A DNA stretch of 64,000 nucleotides from assembly GCA_977017645.1 (NCBI GenBank), contig OZ360227.1:131316001-131380000 (forward strand). The letters are read 5' to 3'. Position numbers and translations under genes: made by a program. This DNA is from Torpedo marmorata. Its lineage: Eukaryota. The notes under the pieces were generated by a model. It searched no databases and had not been told where the DNA came from. It saw only the letters and a program-made list of their open reading frames with translations. Below, in pieces: positions 62,568 through 64,000 of the stretch (position 1 is the first letter of the stretch; every line of letters begins with the position of its first letter).

Positions 62568-62591
62568 CTGTTGTGGATGGTGATGCAGTTT
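62568..62591 (-). CDS. Microexon B, unit 17 (xTASPSTT)
   Basis: Consensus exon B, intact within the most diverged unit. Confidence 0.65.
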
Positions 62592-63926
62592 CTGTGAAAG
62601 AGAATAATATTAAAGTTAAAATGGAACTATCAGATGCAGAATTTTGCATGCCGATCAGATTACAACAAAGGCATGTCATTCTCAGATAATGGGGCTGTTT
62701 TGGTTATGTGTCTCATATCTTCAAAACCCAATTTAGAGAGAGGATGTTATCGACTGCAATTGACGTTGAGAGGCAGAACATTGTATTTCAATCACGAGTG
62801 ATTGAAACTTCATGTCAGCAAACATTCTTGTGAAGTAGGTGAACACATTATTCACCATAACAATGTGTGAAGAGTATGCTTTCAGGTCACGATACCTGCA
62901 TGGAAAATCACTGATGTAAGTTTTAGAATTGCTGCTCACTGTGGCAATGGATTAGAAAACTGATACAACATATTCAATCATCTTTCACAGGATCCATTTG
63001 CATCTCACTATAGTTCCGTCAAGAAGCTGTCCTGTAACCGTACAGATCCGTTCATTGCTCTTACACTTCTATCTGGCACAAGAGATGTGCTGATTTAAGC
63101 TTGGCTGCTGTAAATCAGTTTTACAAGGTAAACATTGTCGAGTTGCTTACTTAAAAATTGACATTTGGGTCCAAAGATTACCCAATAGAATTCTCATTTC
63201 CTTCAAGAATGTGACCATTTAAGAACATTTACGTTCATATCCTTCTGCTCTTCAATGGATTTGCCTGTTCTGGTGCTTCTATATTGCTTCATAACATGAA
63301 CAATCACTTCTCAAACAATAGGCAACAAATGGATACCAACAAACATATGTTCATCAAACACAACTGAAATGTGGAATAATTATTGAATAATTCATTCCTG
63401 TTGGTTGTGATATTGCTTCTTAACTGTAGACATTATATTTCCCAGGGAATTGCTGATGAGGCAGACAGTGTTGACCCTCGGGATATCATGAGCATCACTT
63501 TGAGAAAATATGCACCAATGAAATTGAAAGTGAAATCTAGCATTTTCCCTCTTGTTTCCTTCCTTTTCAATTGATGGATAATGTGTGGTGGCAATGCTGA
63601 CCACTTGCTGTACTTGAACATTGATGAACGTTGATTACTATCACTAATTTGCATCGAAATATTGAGCTTATTCATGTTGGTTAGTGCTAGGAGATTAGAG
63701 CACAATGTAGATTCATGTGGTTTTCAGGAAAATAATATTCCCCATCTCTTGTAAAGTCGAGGCAGTGAATATGATTGCAAAGATATTTTTTTCTTTGTGC
63801 ATGGAACATTACAGACAAAATTCACCGTTTGTTGTCTGAGGAATTCTCAGAAGGCTACTAAGTTCATTGTAATCTCAGTGCCTGTCTTGCAATGGTGAGA
63901 TTTCCAGAGAGGAATTCTTTAAAATA

Positions 63927-64000
63927 CAGGTGCCTAACCTTTTATCCGGAATTCCGAAAACCGGAAACCTCCGAAAACCAAACTTTTTTTCATGGATGTC
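63927..64000. mobile_element. Probable left end of a pogo/Tigger-like (Tc1-mariner superfamily) DNA transposon or MITE
   Basis: The unit sequence stops at TA (63925-63926), followed by CAGGTG..TTATCCGGAATTCCGAAAACCGGAAACCTCCGAAAACC. TA target, CAG terminus and short CCGAAA subterminal repeats resemble Tigger4/Zombi ends from memory. The other TIR is outside the window. Confidence 0.6.

Larger units (their letters stand above)
706..62591 (-). other. Predicted internal part of a large multi-microexon gene encoding a mucin-like PTS repeat (GAVTGGPT-ETASPSTT)n; start and end lie outside the window
   Basis: 32 segments of exactly 24 nt (15 type A, 17 type B), each with a pyrimidine tract plus CAG acceptor and a GTAAGA or GTATGA donor. 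GT/AG is intact in every copy read and there are no stops when spliced. Phase-1 translation is 9/16 S+T+P. No transcript data. Confidence 0.7.
1..63926. repeat. ~2.5-kb tandem repeat array, ~16.5 head-to-tail units, interrupted by transposon insertions
   Basis: The motif gccaaattatgtgaatgtaag (or gacaaatt..) recurs at 1, 2498, 4994, 7483, 9970, 12471, 14964, 19046, 21546, 24040, 26536, 29031, 31527, 34022, 38107 and 57871. A partial, more diverged unit spans 62256-63926. Uninterrupted periods are 2487-2501 bp. Confidence 0.99.

Overview
Eukaryotic (vertebrate, fish-like; probably cartilaginous fish by inference from the L1/Rex1 complement), AT-rich DNA. The whole window is a head-to-tail array of a ~2.5-kb unit (about 16.5 copies). 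It is interrupted by transposons: two copies of one 1.57-kb L1 fragment, a 12.8-kb nest (a full-length L1 holding a Rex1/Babar LINE and a second L1), a 4.46-kb Gypsy LTR element, a 2.3-kb L1 fragment that came with a deletion, and the start of a Tigger-like DNA transposon at the right edge. The ORF-track ORFs inside the repeat look spurious. Read on the minus strand, however, each unit carries two 24-nt segments with clean splice signals: tctcttttacag|GTGCAGTTACAGGAGGCCCAACAG|gtaaga and tctctttcacag|AAACTGCATCACCATCCACAACAG|gtatga. Spliced in phase 1 they give a Pro/Thr/Ser-rich 16-aa repeat, (GAVTGGPT-ETASPSTT)n. The apparent macrosatellite is therefore probably the interior of a very large mucin-like gene built from tandem microexons: 32 exons, 768 coding nt in 64 kb. 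All transposons sit between these exons, and one insertion deleted an exon without breaking frame. This is a prediction from splice motifs and needs RNA evidence. The Gypsy element also lacks a tRNA PBS and instead has a 14-nt PBS-position sequence complementary to its own LTR, which suggests self-priming.
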